DNA from: Octopus sinensis
Lineage: Eukaryota
Assembly: GCF_006345805.1 (NCBI RefSeq)
Contig: NC_043007.1
Location: forward strand, 27,466,001 to 27,530,000
Reading direction: 5' to 3'
DNA length: 64,000 nt
Shown here: one piece after another, positions 1 through 12,232 of the stretch
How positions within the stretch are numbered: position 1 is the stretch's first letter
How the letters are laid out: each line of letters begins with the position of its first letter
The notes under the pieces: model-generated
What the model was told of the DNA's origin: nothing
Seen by the model: the letters and a program-made list of their open reading frames with translations, nothing else
Database searches by the model: none
Translations under genes and position numbers: made by a program

Positions 1-256
1 ACATACATATATAACGGTGTATATATATATATATATATATAATATATATATATATATACGTGCATATGCATATAGGTGTATATTATTTATAAATATATGT
101 GATATATATACTATCATCTATATAAAAATCATATATATATATATACGTATACATATATGTATCTTCTATATATATATATGTATATATATATATGTATATA
201 TATATATCATATCTATATATATACATATAAATATGTATATAATATAATAGTCGGGA

Positions 257-579
257 CCCCTTCGGTCCGACACTGACCATGGGATTGTACCTAGGAAGTT
301 ACCTCCTAGTCACAAGTCTGGCAAGGTGTTTATGGAAGACCAGCATCGCCCATCATACCGGCCTTCCCTCTACACGCCACCAGTGTTATCAAGGGAAAGA
401 CAAAGTCGATACAGCTTGGCACCTGTGACGTCGCAACTCATTTCTACAGCTGATTGAACTGGAGCAACGGAAGTAAAGTGTCCTGCTCAAGAAACCACCA
501 CGCAGCCCGTCCGGGATTCGAGCTGACAACCTCACGATCGTAAGCTCGAACCTCTAACCACTGAGCCATACGCATTCAC
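257..579 (-). mobile_element. tRNA-derived SINE, family S3 (full length)
   Basis: Reverse complement of the copy at 38948-39280. Minus strand has A-box-like TGGCTCAGTGG, B-box-like GTTCGAATCCC and a central CTTGAGCAGGACACTT box. Confidence 0.85.
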
Positions 580-622
580 TTATATATATAAATATATTAT
601 ATTATACATGTATATATACATA

Positions 623-701
<79 letters not shown>

Positions 702-880
702 GTGAAATAGAAAAGATGAATAATCTTTTGCAGATTAACAAGTTTAACCGTTACCTGTAGCAAAAATCACAGCAAAGACAGCACGGTTGGAGGTACAACC
801 ATATGGGCTTTAGGAGCCTCGTTCGATTTGTTTTGCTGCGCCTCGTTTTTGTTTTGTTTTGCCAACGGATTTCCTATTTC

Positions 881-959
881 TTCCTGAAGAGAAAGACACA
901 ATATGTCTCCTTATTCAATCGGAATTTGGTAAATTGTGGCTTTCGAAACCCGTGTAGAA
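881..959 (+). ncRNA. Type I hammerhead ribozyme motif with long helix II (PLE-type)
   Basis: ttc CTGAAGA gaaagacacaat...attgtggctttc GAAA cccgtg TA gaa. Helix II is 12 bp with 1 mismatch. Helix III is one mismatch from the palindrome ACACGTGT, which the inverted partial copy at about 2750-2770 has intact. Confidence 0.65.
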
Positions 960-2142
960 TGCAATAAAACGATTTCTGTTCAATCTTCGTTCAACTCCAT
1001 TTCTTCAATTCACTAATAATATTATATATATATATATATTTATAAATATATACAGAGTGCATAAGGTATTTGAGGACATATTTGAGGCTATATATATTCT
1101 ACCAGTTAATTTATAATTAACATATAATTTGCATGTTCTACGGCCTCAATATTCCACTAGTTAATACTATGTTTCAGTCTTTATAGATACCACCTAATAA
1201 ATAAACAATTTAGTCTTAAATGATTGAATTAATAAGCAATTTCTATATAATCTCCTTTTATCTAACGTTAATAAGGTATATATATATTCTTCATCATGGC
1301 GTTAGTGATTAAGCTATTTATTCCTTTCTATAGTGTACTATCTTACCTGATCATATTATTATTTTATACCAGGCTTTATAAAATTAAACCCAATTTTTGC
1401 ATCCCTAGATATTTTTATTAGCTTATATATAACAGCACCGGCAGCTTTACTACGTATAATATACGTCTTAGATTATAATTAATATATAGTTAGCATGTAC
1501 TATGGTCCCAGCACTCCTTTGTTAATGTCAGTAAATATATATATATATATATATATAACTATATATATAGACGTATATAATAATATATTCTTTATTTAGT
1601 AATTATATACATATGTATAAACATATATACATTATATATAATATATATATATATATAATATATATAGGGCATGATAATTTTAAAATCCTACATCAGTTGT
1701 CTCTCAGCGTCTAAATAATTATCTCTATCTATTGTATTCGCAGCACCATGCCTCAATAGATATATCTCAATATGCTTTCTAATGTATTTGCATGCAAATA
1801 ACAAAAGATGGTAGCACCTAATAGAGCTCTAACATATCCTTTCATTGCTTCACGTTTTCCAATTGTCGAAGTTCCTTTATCATAATTATAAAAATTCTTC
1901 TTCACAATGGCTTGTGATTATTAGGTCATATGACACCTAGGATTAAAATTCTTAATTTTGTACCATTGAACAGAATTTAGTGTTCGAGCATACAGAAGGC
2001 TTGATTATATTAGTCATTTAGCGTGTATAGAAGCACATCAAAATGTGTTATGAATAGGGATTTACAATATAAATATAGGCTATAAACAAACGCACAATCA
2101 AACAGGACCACACACGCGCACACGTGAATGTACGTATAAGCA

Positions 2143-2257
<115 letters not shown>

Positions 2258-2258
2258 A

Positions 2259-2292
<34 letters not shown>

Positions 2293-2314
2293 TCTATCCA
2301 TCTATTCTAATATA

Positions 2315-2360
<46 letters not shown>

Positions 2361-2430
2361 GTTGATGCATACACAAACACACACACACACCACACACAAA
2401 ACACCCCTATATATATATATATATAAATAT

Positions 2431-2560
2431 AGTTGAAATCTATAGAAACAAAAGACGAAGACAGGTGTATAAGCAATAAATCGATTTATTAGTTTAGCGC
2501 TGGGAGGGGAGAAAGTCTTTAACGTTTCGAGCCGACGCTCTTCAACAGAAAGGAACACAA
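2431..2560 (-). mobile_element. PLE-like terminal module family B with hammerhead-like motif (2517-2552)
   Basis: Minus strand reads cttt CTGTTGA A GAGC gtcg GCTC GAAA CG T T aaag. Homologous to copies at 11.27, 23.6, 36.9, 57.9 and 60.1 kb, and abuts (TA)n. Confidence 0.7.
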
Positions 2561-2774
2561 GGAAATAAACTCCTACATTCACTATACTTCTACTTGAATT
2601 CCTTCACCTCACCTCATCTACAGACCTACATTTCACCCAGATTACTATGGATATACATGGATTTCACTGTATATATATATATATATATATATATAAACAT
2701 TATTGGTGAATAAGAATGGAGCTGAACGCAGTTGAACAAAATCGTTTTATTTCATTCTACACGTGTTTCACATA

Positions 2775-2822
<48 letters not shown>

Positions 2823-2831
2823 TAAATTATA

Positions 2832-3001
2832 CTTTATTTAAAAGCAGCAGAAATTCAACAAACCTGTTACTCTAAGTTTTCACGTCCCGTTCAGAGTAAC
2901 AGGTTTGTGATTTTCTGCTGCTTTTATATAAAGCATATTACTATACCCCTGGTAAGTTGAGACTCTTTTTTCCACTTGTTTCACATTTATGTTTACTCCG
3001 G
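2832..3001. mobile_element. PLE-like foldback module with deleted hammerhead core (same family as 13389-13612)
   Basis: Arms about 2832-2873 and 2893-2933. The right flank to tttactccgg is the reverse complement of 13391-13470. Minus strand reads CTGA-acgggacgt-GAAAacttagagtaacagg, lacking TGA of the core. Confidence 0.7.
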
Positions 3002-3198
3002 TACATATATATTATATAAAAGTAAATAATGTACACACGAAGCACCGATATTTACTGAAATAGCGACGTAAAAATACGACGCTAATATATAGCTTCACTG
3101 CGTATGTACTAGTAAAGATGCGTTGTGCAACAAACATGAAAAAAATTGTCTTACCTCTAGGAAGAACATCTGAAAAATGAGAAACCTAGAAACAGACA

Positions 3199-3270
3199 AT
3201 GCAGTACCGGTTTCAGAATCTTCAAAATACGTTTGCCAACGTATATTTGATTTGTCTTCATCAGCTGCAT
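3199..3270 (-). ncRNA. Type I hammerhead ribozyme motif, canonical core, long helix II
   Basis: Minus strand reads atgcag CTGATGA aga...atacgtt ggca aacgtat...tct GAAA CCGG TA ctgcat. Helix I is 6 bp, helix III is the palindrome ACCGGT, and the cleavage triplet is GUA. Confidence 0.8.
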
Positions 3271-3365
3271 ATACCTCGACAACATTTCAAATGTTGCCAC
3301 ATCTATGCCAGTACACTCGTCTGAACGCAAAACGTTAACAGAACGAGAACAGTGATATATGTATA

Positions 3366-3595
3366 CAGGGTTGGTCAGAAGACGCCTGACAGTAAATCAA
3401 AATCATTTCATTCCGAGATTTATTTATTTTTAACAACTTAATGAATTTAATCAAAGCATTTGAATATGAGACATCATAAAACTTGTTCAAACTGAAGTTC
3501 TTGAGCGACACATTTGTCCATTTGAGTTAATACGGAATTGCAGACAGTATTTATGGAATTTTGATTTACTGTCGGGTGACTTTTTGCAACTCCGT
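3366..3595. mobile_element. Tc1/mariner-type MITE
   Basis: TA-CAGGG start. Imperfect terminal inverted repeats of about 37 bp share GACAGTAAATCAAAA / TTTTGATTTACTGTC. Confidence 0.6.
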
Positions 3596-4231
3596 TTATA
3601 TATATATATAAGATCCTGTTATCAAACAAAGCGTCCACGTCTCCGATTTAAACACACACTTTAACGAACTTAAAGATTTCTTACTTTCGTCTATCTCACT
3701 CGGTATAGTTGTTTATTACCTGACGACTTGCTCGACAATAAACACTTAAAACTAACAATAACCTCATTGAACGGCTTAAAAGTATATACTCAAAATGGCG
3801 TAAACCATCCCTTTTTCCCCTCGCATTTCCTGAACGAGTAGCCACGAATATGAGACTCAACGTATATCGAATTTTGGACGGGATGCTTTAAATTTCACTT
3901 TATTTACTGCAATATCCGAACATGAACCTCACGCAATATTCCTGCGTTTATTAAATGATATACACAAACACACACAGACAGAAGCACGCATGTACATATT
4001 CATACACATACACACACACATATATGTACGTGTCTATATAAATATATGTATGTATGTGTAAAGAGAGCGATAGATATAATCTACTAGAAAAAAATTGTGA
4101 ATTCCTAGAAGAGAAATAGAGATTAAGTCATTTGATATAACTAAAATTTATCACGATGTCTCTTTATATTGACCTATCAACGATCTACACACACCTGTAC
4201 TTAACACTGTGCATTCGTGTATCTACACTTG

Positions 4232-4267
<36 letters not shown>

Positions 4268-4401
4268 GAATTTACCATTTACCGAGCGTTAAACAAATTC
4301 ATCTGTTCGTTGTTTACACACCCGTATTCGTCTTTTGTGTTTTTGTAAATCCTCACTATATACACAAACACCTAAATACACACACACACACACACACACA
4401 A

Positions 4402-4458
<57 letters not shown>

Positions 4459-4521
4459 TGTGTGTGTTTGTGCACACGTATGTGCCTGTGTGTTTGTATA
4501 TATATATACATATATAAATAC

Positions 4522-4566
<45 letters not shown>

Positions 4567-5167
4567 AGTGTGTGTATGTGTGTCTGTGCACACATGTGTG
4601 CCTGTGTGTTTGTATATACATATATATATATATTTATTTATATATATATATGTATATATATACCCCCTAACACACAAGCATATCTAAATGTATAAATGCA
4701 ACAGCTATTTGCATATGCATGTGTATCCAATATCATGCGTTACAAACCATAATAAACCCGGATGATTCATGAAATCGTACCAGGCAGCAGAGACAGCACC
4801 TGTATGGAGATCATCATGAACAACAGCCAATGTTTTCTCCTACCACAACCATATTAGTTTCAGTCGACACACAAATAACCTCCGCTTACCCTCTCTATAT
4901 CCATATATACATACACACAGTCACACACCAACACACCGACAAACAAAACACACACTAATATATACATACATACATACACACACACTATATATATACATAT
5001 ATATTTATATATATATATATAATATACATATATATATATATTATATATATATATATATTGATATATTGATATATATATATTTATATATATATATATATAC
5101 TATATTATATATATATATCAATTATAATATATATATAATCATATTTATATATTTACATTATGCCATC

Positions 5168-5221
<54 letters not shown>

Positions 5222-5820
5222 TTAAGGGGGAGAGATGGGATCGTGTCCTTTAATTTCCTTTCTCGCGCTTCTGTCATCCCTTTATTTGCTTCTATTTAAA
5301 ATTGCATATTCTTCATCTTCAAAACAAAAAGAAAGAAAGAAAGAAAGAGAAGAAAATGAACGTTTTATTACATATAAGACTTTCTGGAATGTTTATTGCT
5401 TGTACAAATATATTAGAAAAGGATATGAGAGTGTGTGAACATCATTCGTTTCCTATTTTTCTAGTTTTATTAATAACCGTGCGAAATGACTTCGCTGTAC
5501 TCGGAACCGGAGTATTTATCATTCAAGTTATTTTATTAAACCCGGAGATGCCTGCACTAAGTAATATTAGATTGGGGCAATATGTTTAAGCGGAAAGTGG
5601 TGTAGTGGATGACACTGGTTCTTTTGGCTCATTGGTGCTTCATTTGATTGCACTCCGAAAGATAATTTTAAAATTTTCTCTCGAGTAGTTATTAATACGT
5701 AACGTAAATCTCTGTAAATTTTTCTCAAACTTTTCGTTTTGGCCGACGCTGTAACGGTTGTGTAATCTCTATAGGTCACTTCTTTTCTCATTCATTTTAC
5801 TTTCAAATTGCTGGAACAAT

Positions 5821-6168
5821 GGTACCAAGTTCGGGAAGGGGGTAAGTCGATTACATTCACCCCAATGCGCAACTGGTAAGGCATAGTCGACTCGCAGCGA
5901 AATTTGAACTCAGAACATAGCGACACACACATACCTATTTCTTTACTACCCACAAGGGGCTAAACACAGAGGGGACAAACAAGGACAGACAAACAAATTA
6001 AGTCGAATATATCAACCCCAGTGCGTAACTGGTATTTATTTAATCGACCCCGAAAGGATGAAAGGTAAAGTCGAGCTCGGCGGAATTTGAACTCAGTACG
6101 TAGCGACAGACAACATGCCGCTAAATATTTTGCCTAGCGTGCCAACAGTTCTGATAGTTCACAGCCTT
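5821..6168 (-). mobile_element. tRNA-derived SINE family S1, dimeric
   Basis: Two bodies containing GAGTTCAAATT(C/T)CGC joined by the linker ending GGGTAGTAAAGAAATAGGTAT. Confidence 0.85.
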
Positions 6169-6950
6169 CCTTCTTCTTAATATGGCTTTTATAAAAGGAT
6201 TGTGGTGAGAGCTCCTTGAAAGGACTCTTAGAGCAGCAATGAAAACATAATATGCGTTATTCCCTTAAGACCCGGTGTATTCTAACTTCGAATTGCTCCT
6301 GGCAAGGATCTGTCTTCTATCTGTCGAATTGAATGGAATATTGGACTCATTTTAGATTTCGCTGTTATGCACACACATTCTCTCACAGAACAAGCTATTG
6401 TTTAGATTAATGTGAAATTGGATGAGAATTACGCACAATAAGAATTTGTGACCACAACGTAAATGTCATGTTTAATAAGCTTAACAATGGTGGGTTATTC
6501 AACTGCAGCATCAGTGCATCGTACGGACGTTAACACGAATTCACTTCAACCAGTTCCACTGCTAACCCGTGTGTTTCTCAGAATAGGATAACGTACACAT
6601 GGTCATTATAGTAAGTGTATATCTCCGGACACTAAATTTCGTGTGTGAACACCATCTTCCTTTTACACGATGTGACTAGTTCATCGCTAATATATGAATA
6701 TGTGTGTGTGTATATAAGTAGACATACGTGTGTGTGCGTGTTTGTGTGTATGTGCGTGTGCATTTGTATGTGCCTGTGTGTGTGCACACATAAGCATCTG
6801 TGTATGTATGTGCGTTCAAGTGTAGGTATGTTTATATATGTGTATATATGTGAGGGCGCGTACATATCCGTATATGTGTGTATGTGCATATATTCTTATG
6901 TATATGCATATGTAGACTTATATATATGTATATATCTCCATGTATATATA

Positions 6951-7173
6951 TTCCTTCACTGCCCACAAGGGCTAAACAGAGAGGGGAAAAACAGGGACAG
7001 ACAAAGGGATTAAGTCGATTACATCAACCCCAGTAGGAAACTGGTACTTTATTTATCGACCCCGAAAAGATGAAAGGCAAAGTCGACCTCGGCGGAATTT
7101 GATCTCAGAACGTAACGACAGACGAAATACGGCTACGCATTTCGCCGGCGTGCTAACGTTTCTGCCAGCTCGC
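6951..7173 (-). mobile_element. SINE family S1 (head, body, linker)
   Basis: Minus strand reads GCGAGCTGGCAGAAACGTTAGCACGCCGGCG...AAATTCCGCCGAGGTCGACTTTGCC. Confidence 0.85.
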
Positions 7174-7179
7174 GTGTAT

Positions 7180-7189
7180 GTATATATAT

Positions 7190-7224
<35 letters not shown>

Positions 7225-7264
7225 ATATATATAATATATATATATATATTATATATATAATATA

Positions 7265-7325
<61 letters not shown>

Positions 7326-7357
7326 ATATATATATATATATATATATATAGATATAG

Positions 7358-7391
<34 letters not shown>

Positions 7392-7621
7392 GAATATATA
7401 TATATATAGATATATTATATATATATATAATATATATATATAATATATATAAATATATATATATACTACATATATTATATTGATATATATATATATAAAT
7501 ATATATATATATAATATATATATTGTCTATATATATAATATATATTATATATATATATATATATAATATATATATATATATTTATATATATATATATATA
7601 TATATTATACGTACATATATT

Positions 7622-7711
<90 letters not shown>

Positions 7712-7720
7712 CGTGTTTTT
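7180..7720. repeat. Long interrupted (TA)n microsatellite (one of dozens in the window)
   Basis: About 500 bp of nearly pure alternating T/A, followed by (TG)n. Confidence 0.95.
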
Positions 7721-8131
7721 ATATACTTGAACATATATAAGTGAGTGTGTGTGTCTATGTTTGTATGTGTGCGTATGTATGTGTGTATGCGTCTGGGCGT
7801 TGAATATTTACGGTCAGCTAAGATAAGGACAATCTCATGTTCAACCAACCATGAGAAAGATATCAGCAGCATAAGGAAATAACATGCCAATCCTTTTCAA
7901 ACGGCCACCACTTTGACAGCACCAGAATCTCCATCCCACTACATTCAAAGCAATTTCCCAACGGCTCCTCAGCAGCAACATACCCTAATAACCTCATTGG
8001 CTACTACTAAATTCAAGGGCTGGACAGGACAGACAGAGAGGTTGTTCATAAAATCCTTCATGTTCCTGAAGGATTTTAAACTTACAGAGCCATTATTCAC
8101 ATTTCGCGTGAGGAAACACAACTATACATAC

Positions 8132-8169
<38 letters not shown>

Positions 8170-8179
8170 TATATATATT

Positions 8180-8390
8180 GTTAATCCAAACAAGAAAGCA
8201 AAAAAAACAGAACCACGTGAGGACGAGGAACAGTTATAGTATTATTGGACGCTCAGGAAAGAAGGAAAGAAGGAGGGTTTAACGTTTCGAGCGGAGCTCT
8301 TCGTCGGAAGCATAGGAGAAGGAAAGATCCAGAGAAGGGAAGACAGAGGAAAAAAAATCGCCAACGGTACACACGCGGTCACATTTTGAA
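8180..8390 (-). mobile_element. PLE-like terminal module family A with hammerhead-like motif (8277-8311)
   Basis: Minus strand reads gctt CCGACGA A GAGC tcc GCTC GAAA CG T T aaac. Near-identical modules at 9692-9896, 52925-53123 and 57417-57625. Confidence 0.75.
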
Positions 8391-8423
8391 GGCAAATATA
8401 TATATATATATATATATACATAT

Positions 8424-8585
8424 ATACGACGGGCTTCTTTTAGTTTCCGCGTACTAAATCCACTCACAAGGCTTTAGTCGACCCAAGGGTATAGTATAAG
8501 ACACTTGCTTAAGGTGCCACGCAGTGGGACTGAACCGGGAACCATGTGGTCGGTAAGCAAGCTACTTACCACACAGCCACTGCTG
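8424..8585 (-). mobile_element. SINE family S2, 5' part
   Basis: Minus strand reads GTGGCTGTGTGGTAAGTAGCTTGC...GGTTCAGTCCCACTGCGTGGCACC (A/B boxes). Confidence 0.85.
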
Positions 8586-9139
8586 ATGCAGCTGTCCATC
8601 GTTAATCAGCTAGAAGAGATTCTAGGGGTTTAAAAATCGCAATTGAATTCGCTGGAACGGACAGGCATGTTAAAGTGGCTGCGAATATTACTTGTGAGTA
8701 CAACTACTGCGTTGATCTCTTAGATAAATTTTAGCTCTGGTTTTTTACACGTTGTAAAATCCGCGACTGTGTGTTCGCTTGAAGTATCTATACTGCAAGC
8801 AAGAGGTGAGCAGCTATCATCTCTAACAGGCGAGGTGTCCACTACTAAGGAACGGCAGAAGTAACCCGAGACTAGGACTTGCTTGCTGGTCTCGTCGCTA
8901 GATGATGGTATGAGTTCGCTCGCCTACTCGCATCTCTATCGGTTGCTGCTGTGCATCGTTAACCAGCTAGAGGAGAGGTCCTCTTAGGGTTAAAAAAAGT
9001 TGTTGTAGAATCTACTCGAACGTTCAGCCATGATAAAGTGGCAACGAATATTAATTACATACAAACATACATACATCTATATATATATATGTGTATATAC
9101 ATATACATACATATGTATATATGTTGACTTATTAAAAAA

Positions 9140-9205
<66 letters not shown>

Positions 9206-9252
9206 CGGCGGTGCATCAGCATGGCCGCAGCTCTGAGCTGAAACTAGTAAAA

Positions 9253-9301
<49 letters not shown>

Positions 9302-9372
9302 TACATATTAAAATTTTTCTATCGGTGGTCAGCATATGAAAAATACCTTTAAAGGATGAAAATTATAAGTTC

Positions 9373-9554
9373 AATTATAAATAAGCGCAAAATGAAAAAA
9401 AATATTTGCCAATATGCTGAAAAATATACGCTAGATCGTCTAACCCCGTGTTGTAATAACATAAGTGAAAATATTTTATGTGTTTGACGGTTTAGCGTTT
9501 ATTTCCCAACATATTGGCAAAGACTTTTATTTGTTTTTGCCCTTACTTATAATT
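9373..9554. repeat. Diverged inverted repeat (arms about 72 bp)
   Basis: 9373-9444 matches the reverse complement of 9482-9554, for example TTTGCCAATATG / CATATTGGCAAA. Confidence 0.7.
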
Positions 9555-9630
9555 GTATACATACATACGTATATATATATATATATACAATATATATATA
9601 TTATATATATATATATATATACATATATAC

Positions 9631-9691
<61 letters not shown>

Positions 9692-9694
<3 letters not shown>

Positions 9695-9896
9695 CCTCGT
9701 GTGTACCGTTGGCGATTTTTTTCCCTCTGTCTTCCCATCTCTGGATCTTTCCTTCTCCTATGTTTCCGACAAAGAGCTCCGCTTGAAACGTTAAACCCTC
9801 CTTCTTCCCTTCTTTCCTGAGCGTCCAATAATACTATATTTGTTTAACGTCCTCGCGTTGTTGTGATTTTTTTGTGCTTTCTTGTTTGGATTAACT
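9692..9896 (+). mobile_element. PLE-like module family A; hammerhead-like motif 9762-9796 (G8A)
   Basis: gttt CCGACAA A GAGC tcc GCTT GAAA CG T T aaac. Confidence 0.7.
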
Positions 9897-10009
9897 TTGT
9901 ATAAATATATACCTACATACACACGGTCACATACACACGGTCACATACACACACACACACACCAGTTAAGCTATGAATAATACCATGCAAATATTGGTTT
10001 GAAAAGAAA

Positions 10010-10244
10010 AGTCGAAGGATGCCTATTGGGACTCTAAACTACATCTCCGATAGAGATGACAGGAAATCCTTCGAATTCTTATATATTTATTCTTGTTATC
10101 AGAAATTGTATGCTGTTGATATTAATAACAATTTTACGACCGTTCGAGAGTCCACGAATGAAATTTTTTCGAATCCCTCTCTCTCACTCACACACACACC
10201 ACACACACCACACACACACCACATACACACATACACCACACACA

Positions 10245-10297
<53 letters not shown>

Positions 10298-10458
10298 GAC
10301 AGAGATGCATACACATACATGTATACATACTCCTATATACATATTAAAAAATATATATATATTTTCACTCACGTGTAGACACACGCAGATATACACATGT
10401 CGAACGTCTGTCAATGTTTACTGATGTGAGTTCGTATTCTAGCAGGCATCCTTCGACT
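10010..10458. mobile_element. MITE-like element with 15-bp perfect terminal inverted repeats and internal (CA)n
   Basis: AGTCGAAGGATGCCT at 10010-10024 and AGGCATCCTTCGACT at 10444-10458. Confidence 0.55.
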
Positions 10459-11371
10459 GTTTCTATCTTAGGGCTAATTTCAATCCACACTTTGCGGGCT
10501 ATTATCTATAACTTAATCTACTTCAAATACCAACGCTGAAAACGACATACATACATAAATACATACCTGAATACTTACAGAAATACACACAGACATACAT
10601 GCTGCTACTTTATGTATCCCAGAAAGATGCCTGACAGTGGTAGAGAGGGAACCGGTAGAAACGATGTGTTGATAGAGATTTCACGAATATACACTTCCTA
10701 TAAAAATGAGTTTATTAATCCGGAAAATTGAAATCGTATTAAAAGTACGTCATGTGAGATATGTAGACAGCTCAATTATAGAATACGTTTACTTATTCAC
10801 CTGCAGTATCAATGTCGTTCGCATATTCGTGTAAATATATGCTCCTTCGCTGTGATTAATAGTCCGGAAACTGAGATATGTAAGATAAATATTTCTTGTG
10901 CATTTATTCATTGCTGGCACGTGTTCAATATGTTATAGTACATATTTCTGTGATAACAGATTTGGCTTTACAATAGCCAAGTTCTTTTTGTCGTCTGAAA
11001 AGAGGTAGAGTCTTTTGTTTTATTTATATTGATTGTCGACTATGAAAATATTTTCCATAACTTTTGTGCATAATAATTGTATCTTCGAATATGGAGATGT
11101 GATATCTTTGGTATATATAAGATGTGACATTTACATTATATATAAAAGAATTATTGTTAAGTATTGATGAGATCGTAGAAACGTTTGTTATTTAGCCCCA
11201 GGTCAACTTGCAAGCTGCAGTTATATGACCAAACAATTTCTTCATTCTCTCTCTATTGCTTCTAATTCCTTTCTGCCGACGATCACAGGCTCGAAACGTA
11301 AAAGACTTTTCCAGTTTTCCGGACATCAAATATAATTCACTTGCTATATATATATTGTTATATATGAATAG

Positions 11372-11612
11372 TATGTATATATGTAAATATGCATATATAT
11401 GTATTTTTGTATGTCCGTATGTATATTTATCTGTCCCATACATGCATACATATATATATGTATGTATATATATATATATATTAATATATATATATATTGT
11501 TGTATGAATGTATGTATGTATAAATGTAAATATGCATATATATGTATTTTTGTATGTACGTATGTATATTTATCTGTCCCATACATGCATACATATATAT
11601 ATATATAGTATG

Positions 11613-11625
<13 letters not shown>
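11372..11625 (+). repeat. Tandem duplication of a low-complexity unit of about 110-140 bp
   Basis: GTAAATATGCATATATATGTATTTTTGTATGT.CGTATGTATATTTATCTGTCCCATACATGCATAC occurs twice. Confidence 0.85.
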
Positions 11626-11663
<38 letters not shown>

Positions 11664-11928
11664 CAATTATAAGTACAACTACTTAATAAGGAAAACTTAA
11701 CAAGAAATTGTCAGGTAGATAGCGTGAAAACCTCATAAGAGAAACAATTTCGAAATAATTATTTCTTATTGAACATATTAATTTATATATAGAGGGCATT
11801 ATACATACATGCCAGAGGGCATTATACATACATGCCACACGCTAAGAGGGACAATTAGTCATTTCTACCAAAAATATTACTAATCCCACCGAATGCAATT
11901 TTTCAAAGTAAGACATTTAAAAAATATA

Positions 11929-11974
11929 GACCTGTATCACAGTGATTTCATACTTACGTATTCATCAGCAGGCC
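11929..11974 (-). ncRNA. Type I hammerhead ribozyme motif (left arm), canonical core
   Basis: Reverse complement of 12187-12232. Confidence 0.8.
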
Positions 11975-12186
11975 TGGATGTATCATACATAAACGACCCT
12001 GCCTCGCTTAAGCCGATCAGCTAACTGATCAACATCAACGAAACCTTCCTTTCCCGAAATGCAATTCGTAAAAGTCTGCCATTTACCGGATGTAATATAT
12101 GTAAACTCACCCATGTGCTTCGTTGATGTTGATCAGTTAGCTGATCGGCTTAAGCGAGGCAAGGTCGTTTATGTATGATACATCCA

Positions 12187-12232
12187 GGCCTGCTGATGAA
12201 TACGTAAGTATGAAATCACTGTGATACAGGTC
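12187..12232 (+). ncRNA. Type I hammerhead ribozyme motif (right arm), canonical core
   Basis: ggcctg CTGATGA atac gtaa gtat GAAA tcac t gtga TA caggtc. Helix I is 6 bp, helix II is 4 bp, helix III is palindromic with a 1-nt loop, and cleavage is predicted after 12226 (AUA). Confidence 0.85.

Noticed and set aside
6420-6610. Thrombospondin-like reading (RICD..NGG..C)
   Set aside because: Several in-frame stops; WSxW and CSxTCG motifs are absent.
7883-8130. Open frame ANPFQTATTLTAPESPSHY..
   Set aside because: No recognisable domain or splice support, and it runs into a microsatellite.
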